Shown here piece after piece: positions 32,587-44,800 of a stretch of 64,000 nt of DNA. Position 1 is the first letter of the stretch, and each line of letters opens with the position of its first letter. The notes under the pieces were generated by a model. It was given only the letters and a program-made list of their open reading frames with translations. It did not search any database and was not told the DNA's origin. A program made the translations under genes and the position numbers. This stretch comes from Camelus ferus (lineage: Eukaryota), in NCBI RefSeq assembly GCF_009834535.1, contig NC_045718.1:31868001-31932000 (forward strand), written 5' to 3'.

Positions 32587-34499
32587 CCTCCTTGACCAAA
32601 TCAGGAAAGCAGGGCACATCCTGGCCTTCACGTCCTGCCTCAGGTCCTCCCTTGCAAGCCATCACCATGCTCTGTCAGTGCTCTCCAAGTCCGGTTCACT
32701 CCCCAGGTCACTGCAACACGGCTCCCGGATGGTCCACAGCCCTGGGCCCGCGGCAGAATCACCCCTGCAGCTTTTCAGAAGTATCCACACCCGGGCCCCG
32801 CTCCAAATAAACTACGCCGGACTCCCTGGAGGCCAGAGCTGGGCATTGTTTCTAAGTTCCCCCGGGGGGCGCTCTCTCACAGGAACCCAAATTAAGGCAT
32901 CAAGGATCACCGTTACCCCTTTTTGGCGCTGTCAACCTCGGCTGGACAGCGGAATCACTGTCACTCCCGTGGCCTTGCTCACAATGCAGACCCAGCCCGC
33001 TGCAGTCACCCGGCCTGGGTGTTTTGTGAGCTGCCCCAGGACTCCGTCATGCTCCAGGCGCTGGCACTGCTGCTTTGGGTGCTCCTCCCCCCTTCTCATT
33101 CCTCCCCTACACAGCAGCTGGAAGACCTTTCCATCCACCAACCCAATCCTGTCCCCCCAGCTTACAGTCTTTAATTGGCATCTTCTTGCTTTTAGGATGA
33201 AATGTAGACCCTACCTTGGCATCCAAGGCTGTTCCTGAGATGTGGCCAAGGTACCCACCAGCCTCCAGCAAGGGGCCCGGGAGATGACCTGGACCTGGAG
33301 CCCTGCACCACGCCCCACCGGCATGTGAGGGCTGAGCAGGAAGCAGGCAGCTGAGAAGGGGAGAGCGCTGGAGGCGCAGGGTGTGGACCAGGGAATCGAG
33401 GAACCCAGGAGCGATGCATTTCAGTACTTGTCACGCTGTATTAAAACTGTTCTAGGATGTGGCTCATCCCACATGTGTGTGAACCTGGAGAGCAGGGCTC
33501 CTGCTCTTTGTCTGCTAGTGTGTCTGCCGCCTCTCTGTTCTCAGTGGCCAGCACGGCACTTGCTGGCACAGAGGAGAGATATATGTTAAAGGAGGAAGGC
33601 TGGACAGGAGGGAGGCCGGACTCTGGACCTCAGCAGGGCTGGGCAGGGCATCTGGGGCTGCCTCGGGAAGGCAGAGGTCAGAGGAGCCGCCACAACCCAC
33701 TCCCAGCCGAGAGTCCAGACTGTGTCCTAAGAACAAAGAGATGTCACTGAAGTGTTTTAAGACAGAGGGGACATGATAGGATTAGCATTTTGAAGAAATA
33801 ATCCTCCTGCAGTGAGGAGGAGGGGTGGGAAACATACCACCTGAGGACAGAGGATTTTAGTTAATAGACTTTTTAAAAAATTTAAATTAACAAAAATTGT
33901 AGGAACTGAGGCAGAAAAGAATGAGGGCCCAGGACTCTGACCTGAGCTGGGTGGGGGTCGGCTTGGCGGCTGCTCTGGGATTGTGGCGTCAAGCACAAAG
34001 GGGCAGCCAAAAGCGATATTGGACCCCTCAGGCTGGACTCCCTAAGAAGCTGTCCATATGAAGGGCCAAGAGAAACCACTTCGGGCCTCAATTTTCCCAT
34101 CTGTAAAATTGAGGTAATGTTAGTACTGAGCTCATAGGTGCTTGTCTCAGCACCTGGTACACAGTAGGTGCTCATTACATGTTAGCTGCTATTATTTCAA
34201 CACCAAGGGGCTGCAGTGCGGGTCAATGAGAAGCAGGCAGGTTGGGGCACGTGGATTGGAGGTCGAGCTGACCCTCTCTTGGGTAATACTGGGCTCTGTT
34301 CTCTGAAGGCACAAAGGAGCCATTAAGGGGAGGGATCTGAACTTGACCAAAGGAGAAAAAGAGTCAAGACGACCCCCACCCCAGGATTCTGGGGCCATTT
34401 TCTGATCACAGAGTGAAGAGTGGGCTGCAGATAAGATGATAACTTTGAATCAGAAGACCTGATAGTGGAGGGGCCCAGGGGGTTTCTGGAGCTTAGGGA

Positions 34500-35330
34500 A
34501 GAAGCCTGAGCTGCAGACTCAGTTTTGAGCATCATCAGTATCAAGGGCGAAGTTGAGGCAAAAAGTGGAAGGGTGTGGACAGAGAGCAACCCCAGGGTCA
34601 AGGGCAGGGCCCTGGATAACACTGATATTTACAGGGCAAGTAGAAGAGATGCTGGGAGAGGGGACTAAGGAATTGCAGCCAGAGAGGCAGGAGTAGACCA
34701 GGAGAGAGCAGTGTCACAGAAGCTAGGAGGCTGGGTCCAAAAACGGAGACACGTCAGACATCTGTGTGGTGGATGGATGGATGGATGGATGGATGGTTAT
34801 GCAGGTGCGTGAATACATGGATGGATGGAAGGATGGATAGATGGATGGGTGTGTAGGTGGGTGGATGGATGGATGGGTGGATGGATGAGTGGATGGGTGT
34901 ATAGATGTATGGATGGTCACTGTCAAATGCTATATGAAAATCCCAGAAGAGGAGGCCCGGCTTTGGCTGTGCACAGGTCACTGATGAACTCAGAGCAGGG
35001 TCAGGAACCCACACAGCTGTTGTTCGGGCAGTGACTAGTGGGTGAAAGTGTGGAGACCTCAAGTGTGGACTGCTCTAGCAAGCAACTCGGTTGTGAAGGG
35101 CAGAAAATACGTGCGGTGTTCAGGGAGGGCGATGCGGCAAAGAGAAGGGTTTTATTCAACCTTAAGATGGAAGCGCCTGGAGGGTGTTGACTTGCTCATG
35201 GAAAGAAGACCCAGTGGAAGGGGAGAACTGAGGACCGGGAGAAGCAGGAGGTCCGTGGATGGGGGTGGGTAATAAAATGGGAGTGGGCAAGGGGAGGAGG
35301 GGAAGGACCGGGTGAAGTCATAAACCTCGC
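34500..35330 (-). mobile_element. L2 fragments interrupted by a (TGGA)n repeat
   Basis: gagaggcaggagtagaccaggagagagcagtgtcacagaagc, typical reverse L2. Confidence 0.7.
34767..34916. repeat. Degenerate (TGGA)n simple repeat
   Basis: ggatggatggatgg arrays read directly. Confidence 0.92.
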
Positions 35331-36259
35331 CACAAATGCCCGTGCCTGAGCTCGCAGACAGGACCATAAGGATACTTCTGAACTTGGAAGAAACAGAAGT
35401 CAAGTACAGGTAGGCTAAAACGCACAGTCTTCACAGAGCTGGCTTAAAAAGCGTTTAAGCTGTTCTGCATTTAGTCCTCTAACCCATCCTTTTGAGCAGA
35501 CAGCAAATTTACTCATGGCTGAACTGACGCCTCGATTTATGTGTTTTTAAGAGACTTTCTTCGTCAGTATTTTCAAAGAATATAATGTGTGCATGTGTGT
35601 GTAATTTCGTCGTGTTGAAAATTACAGCTGGGAAAATTAAGCCATGCAGATTTGTAATGGAAAGAAGGGTTCACTCCTCATAATAATCTAGACATGGGAG
35701 GAACAGGCCGTGGATCTGTTACGTGTTTTATACGTGTTTGTCAGACTGCAGCGTAATTGATGGCACAGCAAACACTGAGGAATTCTTTCTGCCCACAGCT
35801 CCCTCCTCGTTAACTGCAGTTAACTTTCACAGGAAAAAATTTTCCTTGACGTGTTCCACAATGAGTCAGTCTTGGAGTGAATCTTTTGGGGGAAAAAGTG
35901 AGCTAAAATTGCTTCAACTGCCTTTGACGGATGGGATGTTGGAAAACATACACACACACTTTCTTCTTTAAAGAGAGGGAAGAAAAAGCACTGACCTATT
36001 TTTACCGCCAGATAATGCACTAATGTGGAGCAGTAAACTCCAAGCTTGGCAAGTCTGGGGCTGACATCTTTGAAGAAGCAGACCCAGCTGGCTCAGAGGA
36101 AAAAGGCCACAGACATCACAAAAGTTTAAAATCCTGCATCTGAGCCTATGGAGGAAACATCTCCTACCCAGAATTTCAGCAAACCTCATTATAGGAGCCC
36201 TACTAAAAAGCTTCAGGGATGTTGCCAATTGCCAGTTCTTTTCGTTAAAAACAAATCTT

Positions 36260-36300
36260 AAAAAAAAAAAAAAAAAGAAGAAGAAGAAAAAGAAGAAGAG
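36260..36300. repeat. A-run plus (AAG)n simple repeat
   Basis: aaaaaaaaaaaaaaaaagaagaagaagaaaaagaagaagag. Confidence 0.9.
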
Positions 36301-38648
36301 AACAGAGAGCAAAGCATCGCTTATCACCCAGCAGCACGCTGGGAAGGTGACAAACGCCAGAGCCTGTCTTCAAAGACCTAAACTCCTGCCGACACCTTCA
36401 CTGACTCTGGAGACAATTGCAAGAGTTTTTCTGGACCGATGCAAGTATTTCAAACCTGCATGTGAAGGCACATGCACTAAATCCCAGGCACTGGGAGGTG
36501 GACTACTGAGCTCATGAAAGGGGTAAGGGGGCCAGCAGATTTGATTCCCCTAAGTGCACCTAAAAATTCAAGCACAGCGGATCTCCTATTAAAGAATTTT
36601 CTTTGCAGGGCTGTTGTGAGTCCTGGTACATAGTATGTGTTCAATAAACAGCTGAATGTAGGAATAACGGGAGGAGGGGCCCAGAGACACACATTCTGCC
36701 TCTGCTATTTACTTCTGGCTTTTCAGGGAGCCCCAGCTTCCTTGGGCCTCAATGTTCTCATCTGTGCAATGGAAATGATGATGATACCAGCTTTATCTAA
36801 AGTACACTCCTTGACTCCCCAGTGTTCCTTAGTAGTACCTGGAGGAGCTCCTGCTCCCAGACTTAGGGATCAACTCATAAATACACAAAAGGATTTGTAA
36901 GCTGTAAATTACTAGAAAAATGTCGGTTTGTGTTTATTACCACTACATGTTACATGAAAACATAATGTGTGAAACACGTTACACGGGTATTTATCCATCC
37001 CCAGTGATGGGGGTGTGCCTAGAGCCTCCTCTCGCATCAAGCCCACAGCAGGGCTCCCTGCCTCTTGGTTTGAACATGGGCACCCCCCAGAGTCCCGGGG
37101 GCCTCCGAGGCCAGAGCCCTCAGCAGTGCCAACTCTCCAAAGCAGCACGGCTGCTGTCACTGTCACTGGCTACCGGCCCACTGCTAGCATCACTGCGCCG
37201 GCAACCAGGAGCTCTCAAGACCCAATTTTCTGGAACAGCCTCAAAGAGGGGCTCCCCCAGGGCTCCCCCTCTGCCCTTCCTGCCTTTGTGCTGTCCTCTG
37301 GCTCTGGCATTCCCGACCCATCCCTCTGCTCACGACATGGCCCCACTCCAGCTCCAGATTTGTACCTTCCCAGAGTCTAGCTGGGCCATGTGTCCTCCCG
37401 CATGGCCTGACTCAAAGCCAGTGTCAGTGGGTCTGGCAGCCATGAACTCGTTGCTCTCCTGACCGGCCCCATCCGTCTCGAACACGTTGTCCCTGAAACC
37501 ATTACCATTCCTTTCAAACAGAATTTATTAAGTGGGAAGAGATTCTCGGAGACCATCAGACAGATTCCATTGCTTCCGCGCCTAAGGAAAACAGCCCCTG
37601 GGAGCCTGGTTTAGATCTGCCGGGGACGCCAAATGCTTCCCGGAGGCGCCTTTCCCCGAGGGCGGGCGTGAGATCGGACAGAGCAGCTGCCACAGACCCT
37701 CCTACACACGGAGCTTTTCTAGCAACTTCCAAACCCTCCGGGGCTGTGGCCAACATTTGTGAGAAGGGAGACATCTGAAGAGGACCCTGGGTGAGCCTCC
37801 TCCAAACTGAGGAGGGACGAGGTGTGCATCACTCTCCCCGCCGACACGGGAGGCTTGGGGCCAGCCTCTGGGGGGCCTGGGGCGGGTGTGCAGCAGGCGC
37901 CGCCTAAGTGCTGGTGGGAAGGAACGTGAGATGGGCCCGGCCTTCCAGCCGTCAGTGGTTTACAGAAGCACGCTTGGAGCACCTGCTGTACACAGGGCAT
38001 GTTTTAAGCACCATGAGGGTGGGATTGAGGGAGAAACAGGAGTGACTTGTGTTTGCATTGGGGTCACTGACCATTCTGAACGCTCATATAAGAACCAGCT
38101 GGAGAGGTAAGACTGACAGCGAGTGTGGTGCCAGTGATGGAAACGGTGTGGACGATCTGTCTACTGTGATGTGGGTGTTTTTGCTAGAACAAAGGCAGCT
38201 CTGCTGTGTGGGGATGAGGGCCGAGAGCTGGTCCTTGAAGGGTGACTAGATTTACTGGGGATCCCCCAGACCCCTCAGCAGTGCCTGCCTTTGAGCTGAT
38301 TGGGGTGTTTCTCACGTTGCTTCCCCAACAGAAATCTAACTCCAGTCTGGACATAAATAAGGTAACAATTGCTAAAGTTTTCCAAGGAGATGGAAGAGAA
38401 ATTTACCTTACACCCCAAGCAGCAAAACCTTCCCCGAAACCGCATCCTACCACACATCTCCTGATGTGTGTCGGAGTGTCTGTTCCCACAACAGCTGCCT
38501 CGCCCACCCCCACATCTCCCCAAATCTCTTCCTCGCTGCTCTCCAAGCTTCCAAGCCATCTTCCATTTCAGAAATCCATTCCCTTCAGCTTCCAGATTCC
38601 ATCTAGCAAGAGGAAGAGCCCAGTGGCTGCCAGACCAGCGCTATATAC

Positions 38649-39058
38649 TGTTATGGGCTGAACTGTGTCCCCTGAAAATTCATATGTCGAAGTCCTAATG
38701 CCCAGTTCCTCAGAATGTGACCTTATTTGGAGATATCGGCTTTAGAAAGGTAATCAAAGTAAAACAAAGTCGTGAGAGTAAGTCCTAATCCAGTTTGACT
38801 GGTGTCCTTATAAAAAGGGGAAGTTTGGAGACAGGCCCACACACGGACAAGAATGCTGTGTGAAGAGACACAGGGAGAAGACAGCCGTCTCCAAGCCAAG
38901 AACAGAGCCTGGGACAGCTCCTCCCTTGCAGCCCTCGTGAAGAACCAGCCCTGCAGACACCCCGATCTTGGACTTCCAGCCTCCAGAGCTGTGAGACTCC
39001 GTGTTGTTAAACCTCGGGGTCCGAGTGCTTTGTCATCGCTGCCTGGCTGACTAACGCA
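38649..39058 (+). mobile_element. MLT1B-like MaLR solo LTR
   Basis: tgttatgggctgaactgtgtcccc..aaattcatatgtcgaagtcctaa ... cttggacttccagcctccagagctgtgaga ... ctaacgca. Confidence 0.9.
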
Positions 39059-40396
39059 GCCCTCCAGGGGTCCCCTGTGTGGGGGAGGCACCAGCTCACC
39101 CTGCTACAGTGAGAGGAGCAGGGCAGGGGTCCCAGCAGGGGTCCCAGCCAAACCCAACGCCTGGAGGCAGAGCATCCAGGGAGGCCGGCAGCCAGCTCTG
39201 GGGGAGAGGTGGTGGCGGGGAACATCGGATAACAGGGCGGGCTGCGGGTTGAGATGTGAAATGCATCGCAATATTCATTCCTTCTTTGTTGCACAGAGAT
39301 TGCAGGCAGCCAGCAGCTCCCAGGCTCTACAGGTCACTCTCTCCACCTCGTGCCCACAGCTCCGGTTCTGGGACATGCAGCTCCACACTCATCGTGGCCT
39401 CATTCTCTGGCTGGCCTCTCTCTCTTCAGATTGTAGGTCCCTTCTGTTCCATATGTCACCTGAGCCCCTCTGTGGGTGCCCGGTCTCCCCCCTGCACGGT
39501 GGGGCGAACCACATGCTGCAGGACCAGAGTGGGAAGAGCTCTGGGCTGGGAGTCAAGAGATTTCTGAACTTCAGTTTCCTCACCTATAAAATGACCAGGC
39601 AGACTCCACAGTCTCCCCATTTTGAACAGTCTAAGGACCTGTATATAATTCTTACCTCTTAATAAGATATTTGGACAAAAAGTGGGGCAGGGAAGATGGG
39701 AAATAGTCTTCTAGTTACTCTGAAATCCCCAACAAGGCAACCCCAACAGAAAGCCCAGGCTTTCAGGGTGAATTTTTTTTCTGTCCACTGATGGAAACAG
39801 GAAACAGGTCCCCAGGGTGTCCCACAGGACTAGGGAGCCTCCTATGGGTCAGTGCCAGACAGAGGACCCCGCGGCTGCCCTCTGGCTCATCCTCCAGTGG
39901 CCATTCTCCTCACCGCCCCCAGGTGGCGCTGCAGGACCACAGCCCTGAGCCATCCTCCGCCCAGGTCCTCCCAGAGTCTTTGGGGATGATAAACCAAAAG
40001 GCTACAGCTTAAATCCAAGGCCTGGCCTTCTTCTAACACTCCAAAGCCTACCAAATCAGTTCACTCAAAGGAATCTAGCATGTCCTTGCCAGCTGACGTC
40101 AGAAGTGGCAAAGAGCTGAGATCCTGGCTGCTGGAATTCACAAGAGCCAGCACCCAGCCTGTCTGAGCCCATCCTCCTGCGGTCTGTCCTCCTGCCCAGA
40201 GAGACCACCTTCCCCTTCACCTCCCTCTCCTCCAGAAAGACCAACACCACATCCACAGTCACTTTGGCCTCAGGGAGGAAAACCTCTGTGAGTCTCAAGC
40301 TCACAAAAAACAAACAAACAGAAAACAAAAACACCAAAAAGTTTTCACAGATGGGAGACTTCTGGCTGGGAAAACAACTCACTTCTGGAATGCCTG

Positions 40397-40572
40397 NNNN
40401 NNNNNNNNNNNNNNNNNNNNNNNNNNNNNNNNNNNNNNNNNNNNNNNNNNNNNNNNNNNNNNNNNNNNNNNNNNNNNNNNNNNNNNNNNNNNNNNNNNNN
40501 NNNNNNNNNNNNNNNNNNNNNNNNNNNNNNNNNNNNNNNNNNNNNNNNNNNNNNNNNNNNNNNNNNNNNNNN
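40397..40572. other. Assembly gap (176 N); other gaps at 12247-12428, 12618-12751, 13325-13584, 16574-16828, 53653-53789 and 54947-55152
   Basis: Runs of n read directly. Confidence 0.98.
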
Positions 40573-41689
40573 GTGTGAGCCCAGAAATGGCGCCTGTGTG
40601 AAATTCATGCTGTTCAGGCAGCAAATGAGTGATCATCATCCTTCCACATGAAATGGTCGTCACGAGAAGAGCTGGCCAGTGCTCCGTTGCAGCCCGGTCT
40701 GTATTCACCTGCAGAACTTGCACACCTGGAGGCAGAGAAGGACTTGGGAATTTTCTGGAAAGTCTGATAAATGCAGATTTCCTCAGAACTTTGCTATTTT
40801 CGTGGAGAGTTCTAGGCTATTGAAAGTAAAGAACCATTTATGAGGTAATGGAAAGGAGAGGATTAAAGCTAATAGACCCCAAAGCACATCTTTTACATAT
40901 TCAGTAACCTCTTTTGTCCTAACCCTGGGCTACTAATGAGGGAGAATTTTCTTCCCTTTACTTGCAGAGGAAGGGCTTGTGCGACCCAGGAACAGTATTC
41001 ATTCCCTCCCAGAATTCAAGGGCAGGCCACCGCCTGGCATCAAGCCAAGAACAGGGGCCAGTGAGAGCACTGGGACCCCGGAGGCCAGAGACCCCACGGA
41101 GTCGGCCAGACTGGCGTGAGGGTCAGGGGCCGGCTACCTGGCCTCCAGGCCCATCTGCTGCTCGGAACAGCCAAGGGGCTATGAGAGCCCGAGAGAGAAT
41201 GTGGAGAGACCCCCTCCCTCCTCCACTGCCAAGACTGGGCTCCTTGCAGATATGAGAGGCCCGAGCACAGTCCTGGGGCTGGAATGATGGTCGATACAGA
41301 CGTGAGAAGCAACAGGTGCGAAGTGCCTTGCGTGAACTGAGCTGCGTGTCTCCTCCAGCCCCATCTCAGCCGAAGGCCAAGCAGAGAGAGCTGCACAAGG
41401 TCGTTCCTTGAGGCCCAAGTTCCATCCAGGCGTACTGGAGTGGGACCACTCAAAGCCACTTAGACCCACCTGACTGATTGGTCATTAACTTGGTGCCCAG
41501 GTAGGTAGGATTCAACCTGCCAGGCCCTGTTTCTCAACAGTGACAAAGGATTGTCCCCCAAAACAAGGATTGCCAGGACTTGCCGAACAGTAACCATCAC
41601 CAGCAGGGTCCAGACAGTTAGAATGAAGGGTAGTTAAAGGGCAAGGGGTCGGACCCGAGCCCCTTCAGGATGGGGATTTGTTCTCATTC

Positions 41690-41880
41690 TCTGGCAGGGG
41701 TGATCCAGCTTCTGCTTGAATACTTCTGGGGACAGGAGGCTCCTCCTTTCTAAGTCAGCCTGCTCTGTTATTGAGAGTTCATGCTTACATTGCTGTAAAA
41801 TCAGTCTGCTTTCTGGAACTTTAGCCCATGGGTCCAAATTCCACATCTGAAGCATCACAGAAGGGCCTCCTCTTCCCATG
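41690..41880 (-). mobile_element. CR1/L3 3-prime fragment
   Basis: ctgcttgaatacttctggggacaggaggctc .. ctggaactttagcccatgggtccaaattcc. Confidence 0.65.
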
Positions 41881-44800
41881 AGGCAGAATGACCCAGAACT
41901 TGGTGACTGACCACTGCTTGCAAGGTGGAGGGGAGGGCAGGGGGTGGGTCCCGTTCAAGGGAGCTGCTTGATCAAGAAGTCACCCAGAGCCAGCAGATGG
42001 GGGTGGGGGACAGGGCTTCAGGGATCTCAGATTCTGTGGGTTGAAAGGATCCATAAGCTGGCAGCCACAGAGAAGTTCATGGCTCCTGGGGCCGGACTTT
42101 CCCACATGGAAAGGCAGGTGCATTGAACTTCCTGAGACTTGGTGCCCCTCGTGCTGAGTGGAGATAGACTCCAGAGATGGCCTGCAGCACCACCCACTGG
42201 TCTCCTTCCCCCTCACCGACTCTGGTCTGGTTCTGTGGCCGGCCTTGGCCAAGAGAAGGCAGCAGAAGTGACCACACTCGTTCTAGACGTAGCCTCTAGA
42301 AAGCCTGCCAGTTTCCACGGTCTCTCTGGGGGCCTCCAGCCCCCTCCTGGAGAGCCTCCCTGACGGGTCTCTTCCGTGATGAGACCCCCGGGGAAGAGAA
42401 GATTCCAGGGCCCTCCTCTGGCCCATCTGGGTCATTGTCCATGGCCCAGCTCTGCCCAGCCCCGCAGCCCTGGCCTCTGCCCTCGTCTCTGGCTGATCCT
42501 CAGCCCTACCACCTGCCGCGTGCCCAGGCCGTGCCTGTTGGAGGCCTCCCTCCTTCCCTCCAGCCTCCCCTCCCCAGCCTCACACGGCCCAGGCCCGGTG
42601 GAGACACAGTGCTGGTGGCCAGAGCGGGGCGATGTCCAGACAAGGTCACGGATTGGCTTTGATGGATGGAGTTGCAGGTTTCCTGAAGGCCTCATAAATA
42701 TTGATCCTGCTCCCGCTCCTGCCCTCACAGCTTTACTGCAGGCGTAGCATGTGGGGGCCTTGGCGGGGCACATAGGAGGGAGGGGGAGTCTGAAGGGGCG
42801 GGGCTGTGCGGTCCCATCTCCGCTGCGGAGCTGTTACAGACATTACCTCATCTCTCTAAGACCCGTCTCCACCTCTCCAGGATGTGAGGGGAAAGGGACT
42901 CACTCTCCTTCCCTCCCTCCCTCCCTGCCCTGCTCCCCCCACCTGTCCCCGGGTGGGCCCAGGGCAGCCAGGAGGGCCTGAAAGGGCAGAGCGGGTGGCC
43001 TGGGGGTGCTCCCGGGAGAGAGCAGGACCTGCCAGGGTCCTTCCCCACAGCCCCAGAGAAAGGTCCCTGTGAGCCCGAGCCGGACCCAGACGCTGCCCTG
43101 TGGGGATGCAACGGGCCCTCTGGCCCCAAGATTTGCTGGTCCCGCTTGTCTTCACCCCAGTGCCCTGGCCTTCATGTCCAGCTTAGCTGCGCTGCTCCGG
43201 CCTCCCCGGAACAAGGACTCGTATTCATTCTGGTCTCTCAGAGACCCTTCTGCAGGCCGTGTCTTTTATATAACAGTTGCTCAGTGAGATGTTAAATGAA
43301 ATGAAGTAAATTAGAGTTTTGTGGTGTGGAGCTAATGGGGAAGGACCTTGACCCTCCCCGGAACCCAGAAGGTGGACTCCGGGCCAGAGGCCTCGTCCGC
43401 ATCCAGCCCGACTGTCCACAGCCGTGACCAGCAGAGGCTGCACGAGGCACAGGTGCCTGTGGGAGGCCGCGGGGGTGCCAGGACATGTATCCCCAACCAT
43501 GCTCTGCTTGTGGCCTGTGCTGGGGGTCAGGCTGGCCACAACTGCTCCCTGCGGCTGCAGAATGGAAGGGAAAGATTTCTGGAACAGAGCCCATCTCTTG
43601 AGTTGCGATGGTGCCCGTGTACTTGGCCTACTGTTGTTTTCCTTCCGTTCACAGGGGGCTATTACTGGCATTTCCCACTCATCTTCAAGACTCAGAAGGA
43701 GTCTTTGGAAACCACATAAAGAGGAGGCGGGAATGGAGAGGAGCTCCATGGGCCCACTGCTTCTGAAAGTCACTGATCTCCAGACAGGAAGGCTGGTCTT
43801 TCCTGTTTAGACATCACCATGTCTGGCAAGAGGAAGTCAAGACCAAAGTAAAATAATAATTACATAAACCTCTGACATGTTAACATCACTCATATCAAAA
43901 ATGGCTCTGTCTTTGTAGGGTCTGCCAAGCCCAATGGGCACAGCTTGGCTGTGGGCTGTTGTGAGCAAAGGATGGGCTGTGGAGTCTGAAAGACTTGAGA
44001 GGGGAGGGGATCCCTTAGGAACACCCCTGGATGCCCAAGGGACCCTTCAGGACTGGGGAGGATGGGCCATTGAGCAGAAGAGGAGAGCAGCGTGGGAGAG
44101 TGGAGGGGTGCAGGCTATGCTCTCAGCCCAGGTTCACATGCCGGCCCAGCCCATGCCAGCTGAGGGACCAGCCTAGCTGCCCGGCTTCTCTGGACACTGA
44201 GCTGGAGAACATACGCAACTCCTCTGTGTACATGGCTCATACTACCCAGACCCTTGAACGTCTCTGAGCCACCTTGAGCCAACTGGAACAAACACATAGG
44301 CTAACAGTGCAAGCTTTATTTAATCTTGAGAAGAGAATGGTTGGATCCAAAAGGGGCAGAGGGACTTGATTTCCAGTGGGAGAAGCCATCTCCTGTGGAG
44401 CCATGTGTCTCAGGCTTGATTCAGCTGTCCTTGGGGGCTGAATGGCTTCACCCAGTGAAACCCCCAGCCCATTGCTGGTGACCTCTGCCAGAGGCAGTGA
44501 CCATCCCCACCCAGCCCCGCCATGTATGCTCAGCGCAGCTCAACTCCAGACACATTTGTTGAGAGCTGACCCCATGCTAGGCAATGTGTCTTGTCTGCAC
44601 ATACTAAGGGAACCAGGAAAAGAGACTAACAACGGTTCCCTGAAATCCAGCACTGCCCGGAGGGGAAAAATCTCTCAGCTATTCCCTAACTACTGGGAGT
44701 AGGTTTTTCAAAGAATTTAAATTAATAGAGTATTAGAGGGGGTTCTAGTGAAATGCCAGAAGGTACCTCCTGAGTGTAAGGTTTATGCATGGAGATCTCA

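Noticed and set aside
32564-33238. 224-aa ORF beginning in the MER34-like LTR
   Set aside because: GTG start, low-complexity Ser/Pro/Leu content and no gag/env motifs.
34767-34916. Array-like repeat suggesting CRISPR or a designed array
   Set aside because: An ordinary degenerate (TGGA)n microsatellite in a mammalian genome, with no spacers.
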